A DNA stretch of 64,000 bases from an uncultured SAR86 cluster bacterium (lineage in GTDB: Bacteria > Pseudomonadota > Gammaproteobacteria > Magnimaribacterales > AG-339-G14), in NCBI GenBank assembly GCA_902563105.1, contig CACEVU010000001.1:221649-285648 (forward strand), given 5' to 3'. A program made the translations under genes and the position numbers. This document shows positions 9,903 through 19,775 of this stretch, in pieces. Within the stretch, counting starts at the first letter, position 1. Every line of letters begins with the position of its first letter. Under the pieces are notes generated by a model. That model saw only the letters and a list, made by a program, of their open reading frames with translations, was not told where the DNA came from and searched no databases.

Positions 9903-10349
9903 ATGAATAAAGCAAAGCTTTTAGATTTTCTAAACTCTTGGGCAGAGGGAGTGATCAAAATAGGCCAAGCTTTTCTAGATGAAACTAATTATAAAAAAGT
10001 TGCTTTGGACTTTTTATCTCAGCACTATGCCTTCAAAACCCAACAGGTTTTGTTCAAACCAACTTTTACCAGAGAAAATGTATTTAGAAATGATTTGGAT
10101 GCGGCTTTATCGTATTTTATTGGAGGAAAATTTTCTGAAGATAATGGCTTTGCACTGAGGCCTTGGGAAACTATTAAATTACAAGAATTGAATATTTTAA
10201 ATGAGGAAAACTTATCCACTGCAATGGGGACGCTTTTGTTCAAACCTGTGTCTTCAAGTGAAACCACTTTAGTTGCATTTACATTTGTTTTTTGTGAAGA
10301 AGAAGAAGCGATAAAGATAAAAATTCATCATTCCTCACCAGTTATTTAA
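9903..10349 (+). CDS. hypothetical protein (possibly NTF2-like fold)
   Basis: 148-aa ORF starting 7 nt after the preceding GST. I can name no motif. The fold guess rests only on size and on the alternating helix/strand-like pattern. Confidence 0.3.
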   Translation: MNKAKLLDFLNSWAEGVIKIGQAFLDETNYKKVALDFLSQHYAFKTQQVLFKPTFTRENVFRNDLDAALSYFIGGKFSEDNGFALRPWETIKLQELNILNEENLSTAMGTLLFKPVSSSETTLVAFTFVFCEEEEAIKIKIHHSSPVI

Positions 10350-10353
10350 CTAT

Positions 10354-10749
10354 TTATTTTTCTTTAGTCGCTAAAACCAATAATCCAGCAGCAATAGCTA
10401 AATTCTTAATAAAATTCTGTATTTCATGAGCCTGAGAGGGATCTCCTTCTAGCGTCCAAAAGTTATGTATAAAAATATTTATCAGGATCGTTAAGAAAAA
10501 AAGTGATAAAGCAGTGATTCTTAGGTTTTGTCCTAGGATTAAAAGAATACCGCCTAGAATTTGAATAAAAATAGTTAAAGGCAGAGCTAATTCGTATAAA
10601 GGGATTCCCTTTAAGGCCATCAAAGATCGAGTTCCAGAATAATCAAATATTTTTAACAGTCCTGGTAAAAAAAAATATAGACCCAAAAGTGATCTACCTA
10701 AAATAAAATAGTAACTATCGTATTTGCTTAGCCATTCAAATAATTTCAT
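10354..10749 (-). CDS. DoxX-family small membrane protein
   Basis: 131 aa with four hydrophobic segments (LLGLYFFLPGLLKIF, LALPLTIFIQILGGILLILG, and others). This is typical of DoxX. Confidence 0.65.
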   Translation of the reverse strand: MKLFEWLSKYDSYYFILGRSLLGLYFFLPGLLKIFDYSGTRSLMALKGIPLYELALPLTIFIQILGGILLILGQNLRITALSLFFLTILINIFIHNFWTLEGDPSQAHEIQNFIKNLAIAAGLLVLATKEK

Positions 10750-10811
10750 ATGAGTAAAAAAACTGACAATAAATTACTTAAAGAATAACATACAAGCTGA
10801 TTTATAAAACG

Positions 10812-11984
10812 ATGGAAAAATCTTTAGATGTCTCAATTGTTGGAGCTGGAATTGGGGGGCTTACAGCTGCTTTGACTTTAAAAAAAAGCGGTCATAATCC
10901 AACGATATATGAAAAATCAAAACTCTTGAGTGAACTTGGAGCAGGAGTTCAACTATCACCAAATGCAAATAGAGTACTCAAATATCTTGGCATCATGGAA
11001 GACCTAAAGAAAGAAATATTTGAACCTGAAGCATTCCAATTTCTAAATTATCGAACCGGTAGAGTTCTTGCTGAGCATTCTCTAAAAAAATTGTCTACAC
11101 AAACTTATGGATTTCCCAACTACGATATTCATAGAGCAGATTTACAAAAAGTTCTTTTAAGCGCGATTGAAAAAGCAGAAATAAAACTTTTAAAGGGTTT
11201 TGAGATTACTGATGTAGGCAAAGAGAAAGAAAAACCATATATAAAAGCAAATGAAAAAAAAATTATTTCTGATGTCGTAATTGGTGCAGACGGTATTCAC
11301 TCAGTAATTAGAAAAAAACTTTGGGGCAAAGACCAAGCACGTTATACCAAAAATGTTGCTTGGAGGATGTTGGTTCCGATAGAAAAAATATCGTCAAATT
11401 TTCTGAAACCAAATACAACAGTCTGGCTAGGACCAAAAAAGCATTTTGTGCAGTATTTTGTTAAGGGTGGAAGTTACTTAAATTGTGTTTGTTTAGTCGA
11501 GCAAGATGATTGGATGAGTGAAGGTTGGTCTGAAAAGGGTGATATTTTTGAGTTGAAAGATTTATTTTCTGAGTGGCATCCAGAAATTCAAGAAATTATA
11601 GAAAGCACAGATCCCGATAGTCTCTTCAAATGGGGATTACATGATAGACCGCCAATGAAAAAATGGAGAAGAGGAAAATTTAGCCTTCTCGGAGATGCAG
11701 CTCATCCAATGTTACCATTTGTTGCTCAAGGAGCTGCTATGGCAATTGAAGATGGAGCTGTTTTAGCTTCTAGCTTATCTTCTTTTGATAATATCGAATT
11801 AGGATTAGATGATTATGAAAATAAAAGGAAGCCAAGAACAACAAAGGCCCAAAATACAGCAAGTCGAAATGCAACTATTTTTCATCTATCTGATTTTTTT
11901 GCCTTCTTTAGAAATCTTGTAATGAAATTTTTTATTAAAAAAATAATGGATGATTTTTATAAATATGATGCAACTTCAAAATAA
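10812..11984 (+). CDS. FAD-dependent aromatic-ring monooxygenase (salicylate hydroxylase-like)
   Basis: 390 aa. It has VSIVGAGIGGLTAAL (GxGxxG), GADGIHS and LLGDAAHPMLPFVAQGAAMAIEDG fingerprints. Confidence 0.85.
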   Translation: MEKSLDVSIVGAGIGGLTAALTLKKSGHNPTIYEKSKLLSELGAGVQLSPNANRVLKYLGIMEDLKKEIFEPEAFQFLNYRTGRVLAEHSLKKLSTQTYGFPNYDIHRADLQKVLLSAIEKAEIKLLKGFEITDVGKEKEKPYIKANEKKIISDVVIGADGIHSVIRKKLWGKDQARYTKNVAWRMLVPIEKISSNFLKPNTTVWLGPKKHFVQYFVKGGSYLNCVCLVEQDDWMSEGWSEKGDIFELKDLFSEWHPEIQEIIESTDPDSLFKWGLHDRPPMKKWRRGKFSLLGDAAHPMLPFVAQGAAMAIEDGAVLASSLSSFDNIELGLDDYENKRKPRTTKAQNTASRNATIFHLSDFFAFFRNLVMKFFIKKIMDDFYKYDATSK

Positions 11985-12005
11985 TATTTTTCATGAAATA
12001 GAATT

Positions 12006-12983
12006 ATGAAACATAGAAAATTTAAACCTTTTGGATCAGTAAGTGCTCTAACTCTGGGCGGAGGTGGTGTAGGAAATGTCTGGGGAAAAACAACTAGAAG
12101 AGAAGCTGTAGATACAGTTCTTTATGCCATTGATTCCGGCATCAATCATCTTGATATGGCTCCAATGTATGGCAGAGGAGAGGCTGAACTAGTTGTTGGA
12201 GAAGCTCTCAAAGATAGAGACTTCACTAAATTGAAGATTACAACCAAATGTCAGTTGGGTACTCTTCCGCACGATAGGGTTTATGAAAAACTCAATGAAT
12301 CTCTCATCGAAAGTTTTGAGAGAATGCAAATAGAAAAGGTGAACTTATTTCTTTTACACTCTCAATTGATCAAAGATGACTATCAATTACCCGTTTTAAA
12401 TGATTTAAGAGATTCAATTGCAACGTCTTTGTCTTGTTATTACGATTCTGTGATTCCAGCTTTCGAAAGATTGAAGTCTGAAGGAAAGATTGATTCTTGG
12501 GGAATAGGGTTGGGCGAAGAAGAAGCTTTAATTTCTGCAATTAACTATGAAAAACAGCCCGAAGCTATGCAGTGCGCAGTGAACGTGATGAATTCTATTG
12601 GAGCTATTGGCTACATTAGCAAAAAACCCGACCCAAATAGAATTCTCAAAGAGTGTCAGGACAAAGACATTCCCATTTTGGCTATAAGAGCTGTTCAAGC
12701 AGGAGCATTAACGTCAAAAATGGATCGCAAACCTCATCCATCAGGAAGAGACAAATCTGACTTTGATGACTATGAAAGAGCAGAGCCTTTTAGAGAACTT
12801 GCAAAAAAGTGGGGCGAATCTCCAGCCTCTCTAGCACATCGTTATGCTCTTTCAATACAAAAAATAAGTTCTGTGATTTTGGGAGTGAAAAATACTCAAG
12901 AGTTAAAAGAGTGCTTAGTTGCTGAAAATATGAGTGAGTTAAGCGAAGAACAATTAAAAGAACTTAATAATTTATTTATTTAA
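12006..12983 (+). CDS. aldo/keto reductase
   Basis: 325 aa. It has LDMAPMYGRGEAELVVGEAL and C-terminal ILGVKNTQELKECL, which are AKR-like. Confidence 0.8.
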   Translation: MKHRKFKPFGSVSALTLGGGGVGNVWGKTTRREAVDTVLYAIDSGINHLDMAPMYGRGEAELVVGEALKDRDFTKLKITTKCQLGTLPHDRVYEKLNESLIESFERMQIEKVNLFLLHSQLIKDDYQLPVLNDLRDSIATSLSCYYDSVIPAFERLKSEGKIDSWGIGLGEEEALISAINYEKQPEAMQCAVNVMNSIGAIGYISKKPDPNRILKECQDKDIPILAIRAVQAGALTSKMDRKPHPSGRDKSDFDDYERAEPFRELAKKWGESPASLAHRYALSIQKISSVILGVKNTQELKECLVAENMSELSEEQLKELNNLFI

Positions 12984-13634
12984 TTTATACATAGAAAATA
13001 TCCAAAAATAGCTTCCATTTTTTTCTAAGTACATTTCATCTTTCAACAAATCAATATTTGCTATTAAGCGTTTTGAGAAAGGGACTTCTTTTTCCAGAAT
13101 CTTTTCCCATTTATCTGGAAAAGAATTCTGCATAGTGCTTTCAATTTCTTGAATATTTGAAAATGAAGTTGTGCAAATATTTAAACAGCCTTCTTCTTTA
13201 AGATGTTCAGGACTACCTTCTACAACCCTCACAATCAAATTTGATCCAGTATCGTCTGCCTTGGGAACTTCTGTTGGAAACCAACCGGTCACTTCGGCAA
13301 TATTTTTTGATACCCCAGAAACGTCACAACAGATTAAGTCGTATTTGCTGGTCACGTTTTTAAACAAGTCGGTTTTAATAATATTTATCGAAACGTCATT
13401 TCGCTTCGCATTAAGTCTGGTAAGCTCTAAATGTTTATCGTAAATGTCACAAGCATCTACTTCAGCAGCTCCATTTTTTGCGAAATAAATTGCAAGAGGT
13501 CCTATGCCACATCCCATGTCTAAGACTTTTTTATTCACAAAATCAGCATTTAAAGCGCACTCTTCACTTATTAAAGTTGGGCGAAATGCATCTTCAGAAG
13601 TTTCGAGTTCTATGTTGTGAAAATTAACAATCAT
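12972..13634 (-). CDS. class I SAM-dependent methyltransferase (HemK/RsmC-like layout)
   Basis: 220 aa. SAM motif I is VLDMGCGIGPLAIYFA. The motif IV position reads DLICCDVSG instead of NPPY. Its 3' end overlaps the convergent AKR gene by 12 nt. Confidence 0.75.
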   Translation of the reverse strand: MIVNFHNIELETSEDAFRPTLISEECALNADFVNKKVLDMGCGIGPLAIYFAKNGAAEVDACDIYDKHLELTRLNAKRNDVSINIIKTDLFKNVTSKYDLICCDVSGVSKNIAEVTGWFPTEVPKADDTGSNLIVRVVEGSPEHLKEEGCLNICTTSFSNIQEIESTMQNSFPDKWEKILEKEVPFSKRLIANIDLLKDEMYLEKNGSYFWIFSMYKLNK

Positions 13635-13694
13635 TTTTATAAAGAGTTTATTATATGGTAGATATTTTATTTTAATTCTTATAAGGAGATGAAA

Positions 13695-14120
13695 ATGAAT
13701 GCTATAGAAAAATGGTACGAAGTAATCAAATCAGATAACCCAGATAAATACGATGAAATTTTAGCTGAGGATTGTGTTTTTTATTCTCCGGTGGTTTATA
13801 CACCCCAAAGAGGAAGAGAAATAACCAAGATGTATTTGATGGCAGCTGGTGGAGTTTTTGGAGGAGAAGATTCGCCTAAAAAAATCTTAGATGAAAAAAG
13901 TCCATCAAAATTTAAGTACATTAAAGAAATCATTGGTGAAAATTCAGCAGTTCTAGAATTTGAAACAGAGATCGATGGAATTTATGTCAACGGTATTGAT
14001 TTAATCTCTTGGAATGAAGAAAACAAAATCACCGAGTTCAAAGTTATTGTAAGACCTCTTCAAGCGGTGAATAAGCTTCATCAACAAATGCAAGATATGC
14101 TTGAAAGAATGAAAGCGTAA
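13695..14120 (+). CDS. NTF2/SnoaL-like small protein
   Basis: The tracked ORF starts at 13689. AAGGAG (13683-13688) abuts that ATG, so the in-frame ATG at 13695 (MNAIEKWYEVI) has the better spacing. The size and the W-Y-rich N-terminal helix are SnoaL-like, but the family call is tentative. Confidence 0.4.
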   Translation: MNAIEKWYEVIKSDNPDKYDEILAEDCVFYSPVVYTPQRGREITKMYLMAAGGVFGGEDSPKKILDEKSPSKFKYIKEIIGENSAVLEFETEIDGIYVNGIDLISWNEENKITEFKVIVRPLQAVNKLHQQMQDMLERMKA

Positions 14121-14125
14121 ATTAT

Positions 14126-14905
14126 TTACCTAGGACCTTGTCCATCATCAATCTTAATACAAGTTCCAGTGACGCACTCTGAAGAAGGAGAAACTAAAAA
14201 TAATAAAGTTGAATCCATCTGCTCTGGAGTACAAATCCTTTTTCTTGGAAATGCTTGGCTAAAGTCACCTACTCTTTCTATCATCCCATCAAGCATTTCT
14301 GACGAAAAAGCACCTGGGGCAATAGCATTCACATTTATATAACTTTTTGACCATTCAACAGCTAAAGCCTCAGTCATTCTCACTAAGGCTTTTTTAGTTA
14401 TTGAATAAAGAGAAGCTGCTGATTGTGGCGTGGTATTGAAAGCTGCAACCGAAGCAATATTTACCATCCTGCCGGGTTTTTTTTCTTCAATTAATTTTCT
14501 CGCTACCTCACAAGAGAGAATGTATGGACCTGTAAGATTGGTTTCCATTACATTATCGATCAATTCTTCCGATTGTTTAACAGCCCATTGTGCATCTGGG
14601 ATGCCAGCATTATTTACTAAAGTATCAATAGTGCCCATTTCTTTAGAAACAGTATCTATCGCTGACTTGATGCTTTTTCTGTTAGTCATGTCTATCGGTA
14701 CAACCATGCATTCACCCCCATTGGCTTTTATTTCCTCAGCCAAAGATTCTAGTTTCTCTTTCCTACGAGCAGATATTGCGACCTTTGCGCCACAGGAAGC
14801 TAATACTTTGGAAAAACGGTACCCCAGACCCGAAGATGCTCCAGTAACCAAGGCAATTTGACCTGACAGATCTATGGAAAAGTTTGGTGTTTTATATTCT
14901 GACAT
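14126..14905 (-). CDS. short-chain dehydrogenase/reductase (SDR)
   Basis: 259 aa. It has TGASSGLG, NNAG and YSITKKAL (YxxxK). Confidence 0.9.
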   Translation of the reverse strand: MSEYKTPNFSIDLSGQIALVTGASSGLGYRFSKVLASCGAKVAISARRKEKLESLAEEIKANGGECMVVPIDMTNRKSIKSAIDTVSKEMGTIDTLVNNAGIPDAQWAVKQSEELIDNVMETNLTGPYILSCEVARKLIEEKKPGRMVNIASVAAFNTTPQSAASLYSITKKALVRMTEALAVEWSKSYINVNAIAPGAFSSEMLDGMIERVGDFSQAFPRKRICTPEQMDSTLLFLVSPSSECVTGTCIKIDDGQGPR

Positions 14906-14979
14906 TTTGACCTCTGTTTTTTTTTAATCATTACTATTACATAAGAAGATTGCCGTTTAAAATAGATTTTTAAAACATC

Positions 14980-16134
14980 ATGCCTAGATCACTTAAAAAC
15001 TGTAACAACTTTCAAGATTTAAAAGACTTAGCTAGAAGAAGACTGCCCGGTCCGATATATCATTACATAGACGGAGCAGCAGAAGACGAAACTACTTATC
15101 AAAGAAATACCGAAGCTTTCCAAAATGTTGATTTAGTTCCTAATGTCCTAGCTGGAGTTGAAAATATTGACATGTCTGTTGAGGTAATGGGTTATAAGTT
15201 AGGATTACCAATTTTTTGTTCACCAACCGCTTTACAGAGATTATTTCATCATCAAGGCGAAAGGGCAGTTGCAAAAGCTGCTGAAAAGTTCAATACCTTA
15301 TTTGGTGTATCTTCTTTAGGAACGGTAAAACTTAAAGATATAGATGAATTGATTAAGACTCCTAAAATGTTTCAGTTTTATTTTCATAAGGATAGGGAGT
15401 TAAATGATTCAATGATTTCTATGGCGCAAGAGGCCAATTTTGAAATTTTAACTTTAACTGTTGATACGATTACCGGGGGAAACCGGGAAAGAGACTTGCG
15501 AACAGGTTTCACTACTCCGCCAAAACTAACCCCAAAAAGTATCTTTCAATTTGGCATCAAGCCCGCCTGGGCCTTGAACTATTTGTTCAGAGAAAAATTT
15601 GAATTATCTCAATTATCCAGTCATGTAAATGAGGGAACAAATATCGCTATATCTGTTGGAGACTATTTTACGACTATGTTGGACCAAAGCATGACTTGGG
15701 ATGATGTCATAAAACTCAAAGAAGATTGGGGACGAAAATTTTGTCTCAAAGGTGTTATGAGTCCAAGCGATGCCCGAAAAGCAGTAGAGATGAAAGCCGA
15801 TGCAATTATGGTATCGAATCATGGCGGAAGACAACTTGACGGAGGAAGAAGTCCCTTTGATCAGCTCGATGAAATTCTTCAAGAAGTAGGTGGTGAAATA
15901 GAAGTTATTCTAGATGGAGGCATACAAAGAGGGACGCATGTTCTAAAGGCAATGGCGATGGGAGCTACCGCTTGCTCAGGGGGAAGAATGTATCTTTTTG
16001 GTTTGGCTGCTGCTGGCCAAGATGGAGTTGAAAAAGCTCTTGGCAATATGAAAAATGAAATCGAAAGAGACATGAAATTAATGGGAGTAAACCAGTTAAA
16101 AGATTTAAAACCACATATGCTTCGAAAGAGATAG
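14980..16134 (+). CDS. FMN-dependent alpha-hydroxy acid oxidase/dehydrogenase (LldD/glycolate oxidase family)
   Basis: 384 aa. It has SNHGGRQLDG, ILDGGIQRGTHVLKAMAMGA and N-terminal PGPIYHYIDGAAEDE. Confidence 0.9.
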   Translation: MPRSLKNCNNFQDLKDLARRRLPGPIYHYIDGAAEDETTYQRNTEAFQNVDLVPNVLAGVENIDMSVEVMGYKLGLPIFCSPTALQRLFHHQGERAVAKAAEKFNTLFGVSSLGTVKLKDIDELIKTPKMFQFYFHKDRELNDSMISMAQEANFEILTLTVDTITGGNRERDLRTGFTTPPKLTPKSIFQFGIKPAWALNYLFREKFELSQLSSHVNEGTNIAISVGDYFTTMLDQSMTWDDVIKLKEDWGRKFCLKGVMSPSDARKAVEMKADAIMVSNHGGRQLDGGRSPFDQLDEILQEVGGEIEVILDGGIQRGTHVLKAMAMGATACSGGRMYLFGLAAAGQDGVEKALGNMKNEIERDMKLMGVNQLKDLKPHMLRKR

Positions 16135-16163
16135 TTTTTAGCATAGAATATGCCAATTGAATT

Positions 16164-16976
16164 ATGAAAGCAGAATTTTTCTACAGAAAACCATTAAAAA
16201 AAGGCGAACCAAAGCCAGCTTTTGGAATTAAGGAACCTGATCCAGATAGGCCTGATCACAAGGGCTTCATTAAAGAAGTTTTTAATGCCAGAGAAGAGGA
16301 TCACTCCTTAACCGAATCCGGTTTTATTTTATTGAATCATAAATCTGCAATGACGGATTTTTATGACGACAAAGAAGTTACAGAAATCTACTATGACGAA
16401 ATGGCTAGCTTGGTTAAAAAGCAGACTGGGGCCGATCAAGTTTTTGTCGTAAGCCATATTACAAGAAATGAAGCTGAAGCTGCTGAAGGCAAAAGATTAG
16501 GCGCACATAGATTGGTACACAATGACTTTACTCCAAATTTCAAGCAAACCATTCAACCCTTACTTGATGAGAATGGTTCCAATCCCAGTAAAATTAATGT
16601 CTATAATTTGTGGAGACGTTTTGATGAAGACGGAATGGACGCACCTTTTGCTCTTTGTGACTCTAGAACAGTTTCTGAAAAAGAATTAATTCCTACCGAT
16701 TTATTCAATTATGGAAAAGAAGAGGAAAAAACTGAAACTTTAGCCGATGAGAATGGCTTTACCGTCGAAATATATCAATCAATGAACAGCGATAATCATA
16801 AATGGTACTTTTATCCAAAAATGAATAGAGATGAAGTGGTGATGTTTAAAACTTACGATTCAAATGAAAATCCTTTTATGCCTACTTTGCACAGCGCCTT
16901 TGATGATTTGAGTTGTGGTGCAAAGGTTTCTCCTCGTGAGAGCATTGAAGTCAGAGCAATCTGCCTATTTGAGTAG
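16164..16976 (+). CDS. putative CmcJ/NvfI (AsaB-like) family oxygenase
   Basis: 270 aa. The pattern GFILLNHKS...EIYYDEMASLVKKQTGADQVFVVSHITR...AHRLVHNDFTP resembles that family as I recall it. This is unverified. Confidence 0.4.
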   Translation: MKAEFFYRKPLKKGEPKPAFGIKEPDPDRPDHKGFIKEVFNAREEDHSLTESGFILLNHKSAMTDFYDDKEVTEIYYDEMASLVKKQTGADQVFVVSHITRNEAEAAEGKRLGAHRLVHNDFTPNFKQTIQPLLDENGSNPSKINVYNLWRRFDEDGMDAPFALCDSRTVSEKELIPTDLFNYGKEEEKTETLADENGFTVEIYQSMNSDNHKWYFYPKMNRDEVVMFKTYDSNENPFMPTLHSAFDDLSCGAKVSPRESIEVRAICLFE

Positions 16977-17016
16977 GTAAGATATAAAAAACTAACAAAT
17001 TAATAAAGGAGAAATA

Positions 17017-18150
17017 ATGTCCAATTCATCAAGAGAAATTCGTTCTGAAGTAACGAGTGACGGTCAGTTAAAGCTATCTATTAAAAGTGTAGAAATGCCT
17101 GCTCCTAAAGATCATGAGGTTTTATTGAAAGTAGAAGCATCTCCTATCAACCCTTCTGATTTGGGTTTATTAATAAGCTTTGCAGCAGATCTTAGTTCTA
17201 TAACTACAGAAGGTTCAGGAGATGACAAAATTACATCGATGAATATATTGCCCTCTCTGCATAAAACCATGACTGCTAGATTTGATAAGTCTATGAAAGT
17301 CGGAAACGAAGGAGGCGGAGTTGTCGTCGATGCCGGGGAGGCTGGTAAAGGCCTTATTGGAAAAACTGTAGGAGTAGCGGGCGGCGCAATGTATTCAGAA
17401 TACAGGTGTGTTCCCGTCGATAGTTGTCTTGTCATGAACGAAGGGACTAGTCCTAAAGAAGCTGCTTCTTCATTTGTGAATCCTCTTACTGCTCTTGGAT
17501 TTACAGAAACCATGAAAATGGAAAATCATACAGCTATGATCCATACTGCCGCAGCCTCAAACCTGGGTCAGATGTTAGTAAAAATATGTAAGGCTGACGA
17601 CATTCCTCTAGTAAATATCGTAAGAAAAGAAGAACACGTGGATCTGTTAAAAAATCTCGGTGCTGAATATGTTTGCAATATGAGCGAAGATTCTTTCATG
17701 GCTGATTTAATAGCTGCAATAGATGCCACAGGCGCAACCTTAGGATTTGATGCTACCGGGGGAGGTAATGAGGGAAAATTAGCTGGACAGATTTTATCTG
17801 CAATGGAGATCTCAGCAAATAAAAAAGCTTCTGAATACAGTAGATATGGTTCGGATACTTATAAACAAGTCTATATTTATGGCGGCCTCGACCCAACACC
17901 AACTGTATTGAATAGGTCTTATGGATTGCAATGGGGTTTAGGAGGATGGCTTTTAACACCATTTATTGGAAAGGCAGGACCAGAAATTTTTTTGAAAATG
18001 AGAGAAAGAGTAGCCAATGAAATTACTACTACTTTTTCAAGCTCCTATACAGCCGAAATTTCTCTTGAAGAAATGCTCGATTCAGAGATTCTCAAAAACT
18101 ATGCAAAACAGGCTACTGGACAAAAGTATTTAGTTACTCCTCACAAGTAA
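17017..18150 (+). CDS. MDR-superfamily oxidoreductase (quinone oxidoreductase/ADH-like)
   Basis: 377 aa. It has EVLLKVEASPINPSDL and a nucleotide-binding region HTAAASNLGQMLVKI. There is no obvious structural-zinc Cys cluster. AAGGAG lies upstream. Confidence 0.7.
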   Translation: MSNSSREIRSEVTSDGQLKLSIKSVEMPAPKDHEVLLKVEASPINPSDLGLLISFAADLSSITTEGSGDDKITSMNILPSLHKTMTARFDKSMKVGNEGGGVVVDAGEAGKGLIGKTVGVAGGAMYSEYRCVPVDSCLVMNEGTSPKEAASSFVNPLTALGFTETMKMENHTAMIHTAAASNLGQMLVKICKADDIPLVNIVRKEEHVDLLKNLGAEYVCNMSEDSFMADLIAAIDATGATLGFDATGGGNEGKLAGQILSAMEISANKKASEYSRYGSDTYKQVYIYGGLDPTPTVLNRSYGLQWGLGGWLLTPFIGKAGPEIFLKMRERVANEITTTFSSSYTAEISLEEMLDSEILKNYAKQATGQKYLVTPHK

Positions 18151-18966
18151 TTATCGACCTTTGAACACTGGTTGTTTTTTTTCAACGAAAGCTTTTGTAG
18201 CGTTTTTGTGATCTTCTGTTTGGCCACAATGAACATGATGAGTGACCTCTAGATCCAGACAATCGTCTACTTCTCCACTTACAGCTCTGTTTAGATTTTC
18301 TTTCATATAACGAAAAGCAACTGCAGGGCCTTCAGCAAGTTGTTTGGCAATTTCTAAAGTTTTTTGCTCCAGCTCTTCATGTTTTACAACCCAATTAGTA
18401 AGACCAAGTTTTAGAGCTTCTTCAGCAGGAATTTTGTCAGATAAAAAATATAGTTCTTTTGCCTTTGATAAACCCACTAACTGAGTCATAAAGTAGGACC
18501 CTCCATAGTCACCTGAAAAACCTACTTTTGCGAAAGCAGTAGTAAAAAAAGCACTATTGGACATTATTCTAAGATCACAAGAAAGAGCATAAGACATTCC
18601 TGCCCCAGCTGCAGGTCCATTCACTGCGGCAATTGTTGGTTTGGGCATTTTGAATAATTTACCTGAGGTACCTCTTTGGTGAATCCTTTGCTCATGGATA
18701 GCTATATCAATTGTACGTTTAGGATCACCTTTTTTGTTGGCCATACCTTTTACATCTCCACCAGCACAAAAAGCACCCTCAGAGCCTGTAAGAATTACCG
18801 CTCTGACTTCAGAATCATTTTCAAAGTCTTCCAAGGTTGCCATCATTGCTGCATTCATTTCATCTGACATAGCATTTCTAGCTTCGGGCCTGTTCATAAT
18901 AATTTTTCCTAAACCGTCGCCTTTAAGAGCTTTAAGGTGGTCTGTTCCCATATCTATTTCTTTCAT
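18151..18966 (-). CDS. enoyl-CoA hydratase
   Basis: 271 aa. It has GAFCAGGDVKGM and AAVNGPAAGAGMSYALSCDLRIM. Its stop directly abuts the stop of the convergent MDR gene with 0 nt spacer. Confidence 0.9.
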   Translation of the reverse strand: MKEIDMGTDHLKALKGDGLGKIIMNRPEARNAMSDEMNAAMMATLEDFENDSEVRAVILTGSEGAFCAGGDVKGMANKKGDPKRTIDIAIHEQRIHQRGTSGKLFKMPKPTIAAVNGPAAGAGMSYALSCDLRIMSNSAFFTTAFAKVGFSGDYGGSYFMTQLVGLSKAKELYFLSDKIPAEEALKLGLTNWVVKHEELEQKTLEIAKQLAEGPAVAFRYMKENLNRAVSGEVDDCLDLEVTHHVHCGQTEDHKNATKAFVEKKQPVFKGR

Positions 18967-19012
18967 TTTTCTCTCCTTTTATTTATCCTTGAAGTATTAT
19001 TTTACAAATATT

Positions 19013-19759
19013 ATGAGATTAAGACAGTTAGTAATCGTTGCTAAAGAAAGAGATTCAGTTGCAAATCAGATTTGTGATGTATTTGATTTAAAAGTAGCTT
19101 TTCATGATGATGGTCTTATTCACTTTGGCCTTATAAATTCATTAATTCCCTTGGGTGATACTTTTATTGAGATTGTCACTCCTGTTAAAGAAAATACTAC
19201 TGCAGAAAGATTTCTGAATCGCAGAGGTGGAAATGGTGGCTACATGGTAATTGTAGATTGTAATGATGTTGCTAAAGAAAAAGAACGAGTTACCACTGAA
19301 AATATTGGTATTGTTTATGAAGTTGAAAGAAGCGAAGGCCACGTAACTGGAAAAACCATTCACTTGCATCCTAAACATATCGGTGGAGCAATAGTTTCAA
19401 TAGATAAAATGGAACCGGAATCAGCTTGGCTTTGGGCAGGCCTTGATTGGGAAAAGTGCGTATCAAAAAACGATAATGCGGAGAGATTGTGCGGCGTGGT
19501 GATGCAATCCGGTGATAAATCTGCCCTGTGTAGAAATTGGGAAAAAGCTTTTGGGATCAAAGCAGATGATGATCTTCAAATAAGTTTCTCAGACTCCAGA
19601 ATTAAGTTTGTTGATGATCTTGATCAAAGAGGCGAGGGAATTAATGCTTTTGAATTGTCAGTAAAAAATAAAGAAATAGTTTATGAGAAAGCTAAAGAAC
19701 TTGGCTTGATAAAGAATGATTTAATTTACATTGCTGGAGTATATTTCCTTCTTCAATAG
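19013..19759 (+). CDS. glyoxalase-like (VOC) domain protein
   Basis: The tracked ORF (from 18734) overlaps the opposite-strand hydratase. The in-frame ATG at 19013 (MRLRQLVIVAKERDSV...) is the plausible start. The N-terminal bab-like unit FGLINSLIPLGDTFIEIVTP resembles the glyoxalase-like domain. Confidence 0.5.
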   Translation: MRLRQLVIVAKERDSVANQICDVFDLKVAFHDDGLIHFGLINSLIPLGDTFIEIVTPVKENTTAERFLNRRGGNGGYMVIVDCNDVAKEKERVTTENIGIVYEVERSEGHVTGKTIHLHPKHIGGAIVSIDKMEPESAWLWAGLDWEKCVSKNDNAERLCGVVMQSGDKSALCRNWEKAFGIKADDDLQISFSDSRIKFVDDLDQRGEGINAFELSVKNKEIVYEKAKELGLIKNDLIYIAGVYFLLQ

Positions 19760-19775
19760 TTCTTACTAAGATAGA

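Noticed and set aside
14430-14861. Long antisense ORFs opposite confidently assigned genes. They are 14430-14861, 17112-17513, 24620-25027, 49365-49787, 52380-52823, 53495-53866 and 55038-55406, plus many 60-100 aa ones in the track.
   Set aside because: Each lies entirely inside a gene with strong family motifs on the other strand. Their translations are low-complexity (S/L/F/I-rich) with no recognisable motif, start context or SD. This is the usual shadow-ORF effect of the antisense frame.
18734-19012. An N-terminal 93-aa extension of the tracked ORF 18734-19759.
   Set aside because: The extension overlaps the opposite-strand enoyl-CoA hydratase (18151-18966) and has shadow-ORF composition. 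The in-frame ATG at 19013, located in the 46-nt spacer, begins the conserved-looking part.
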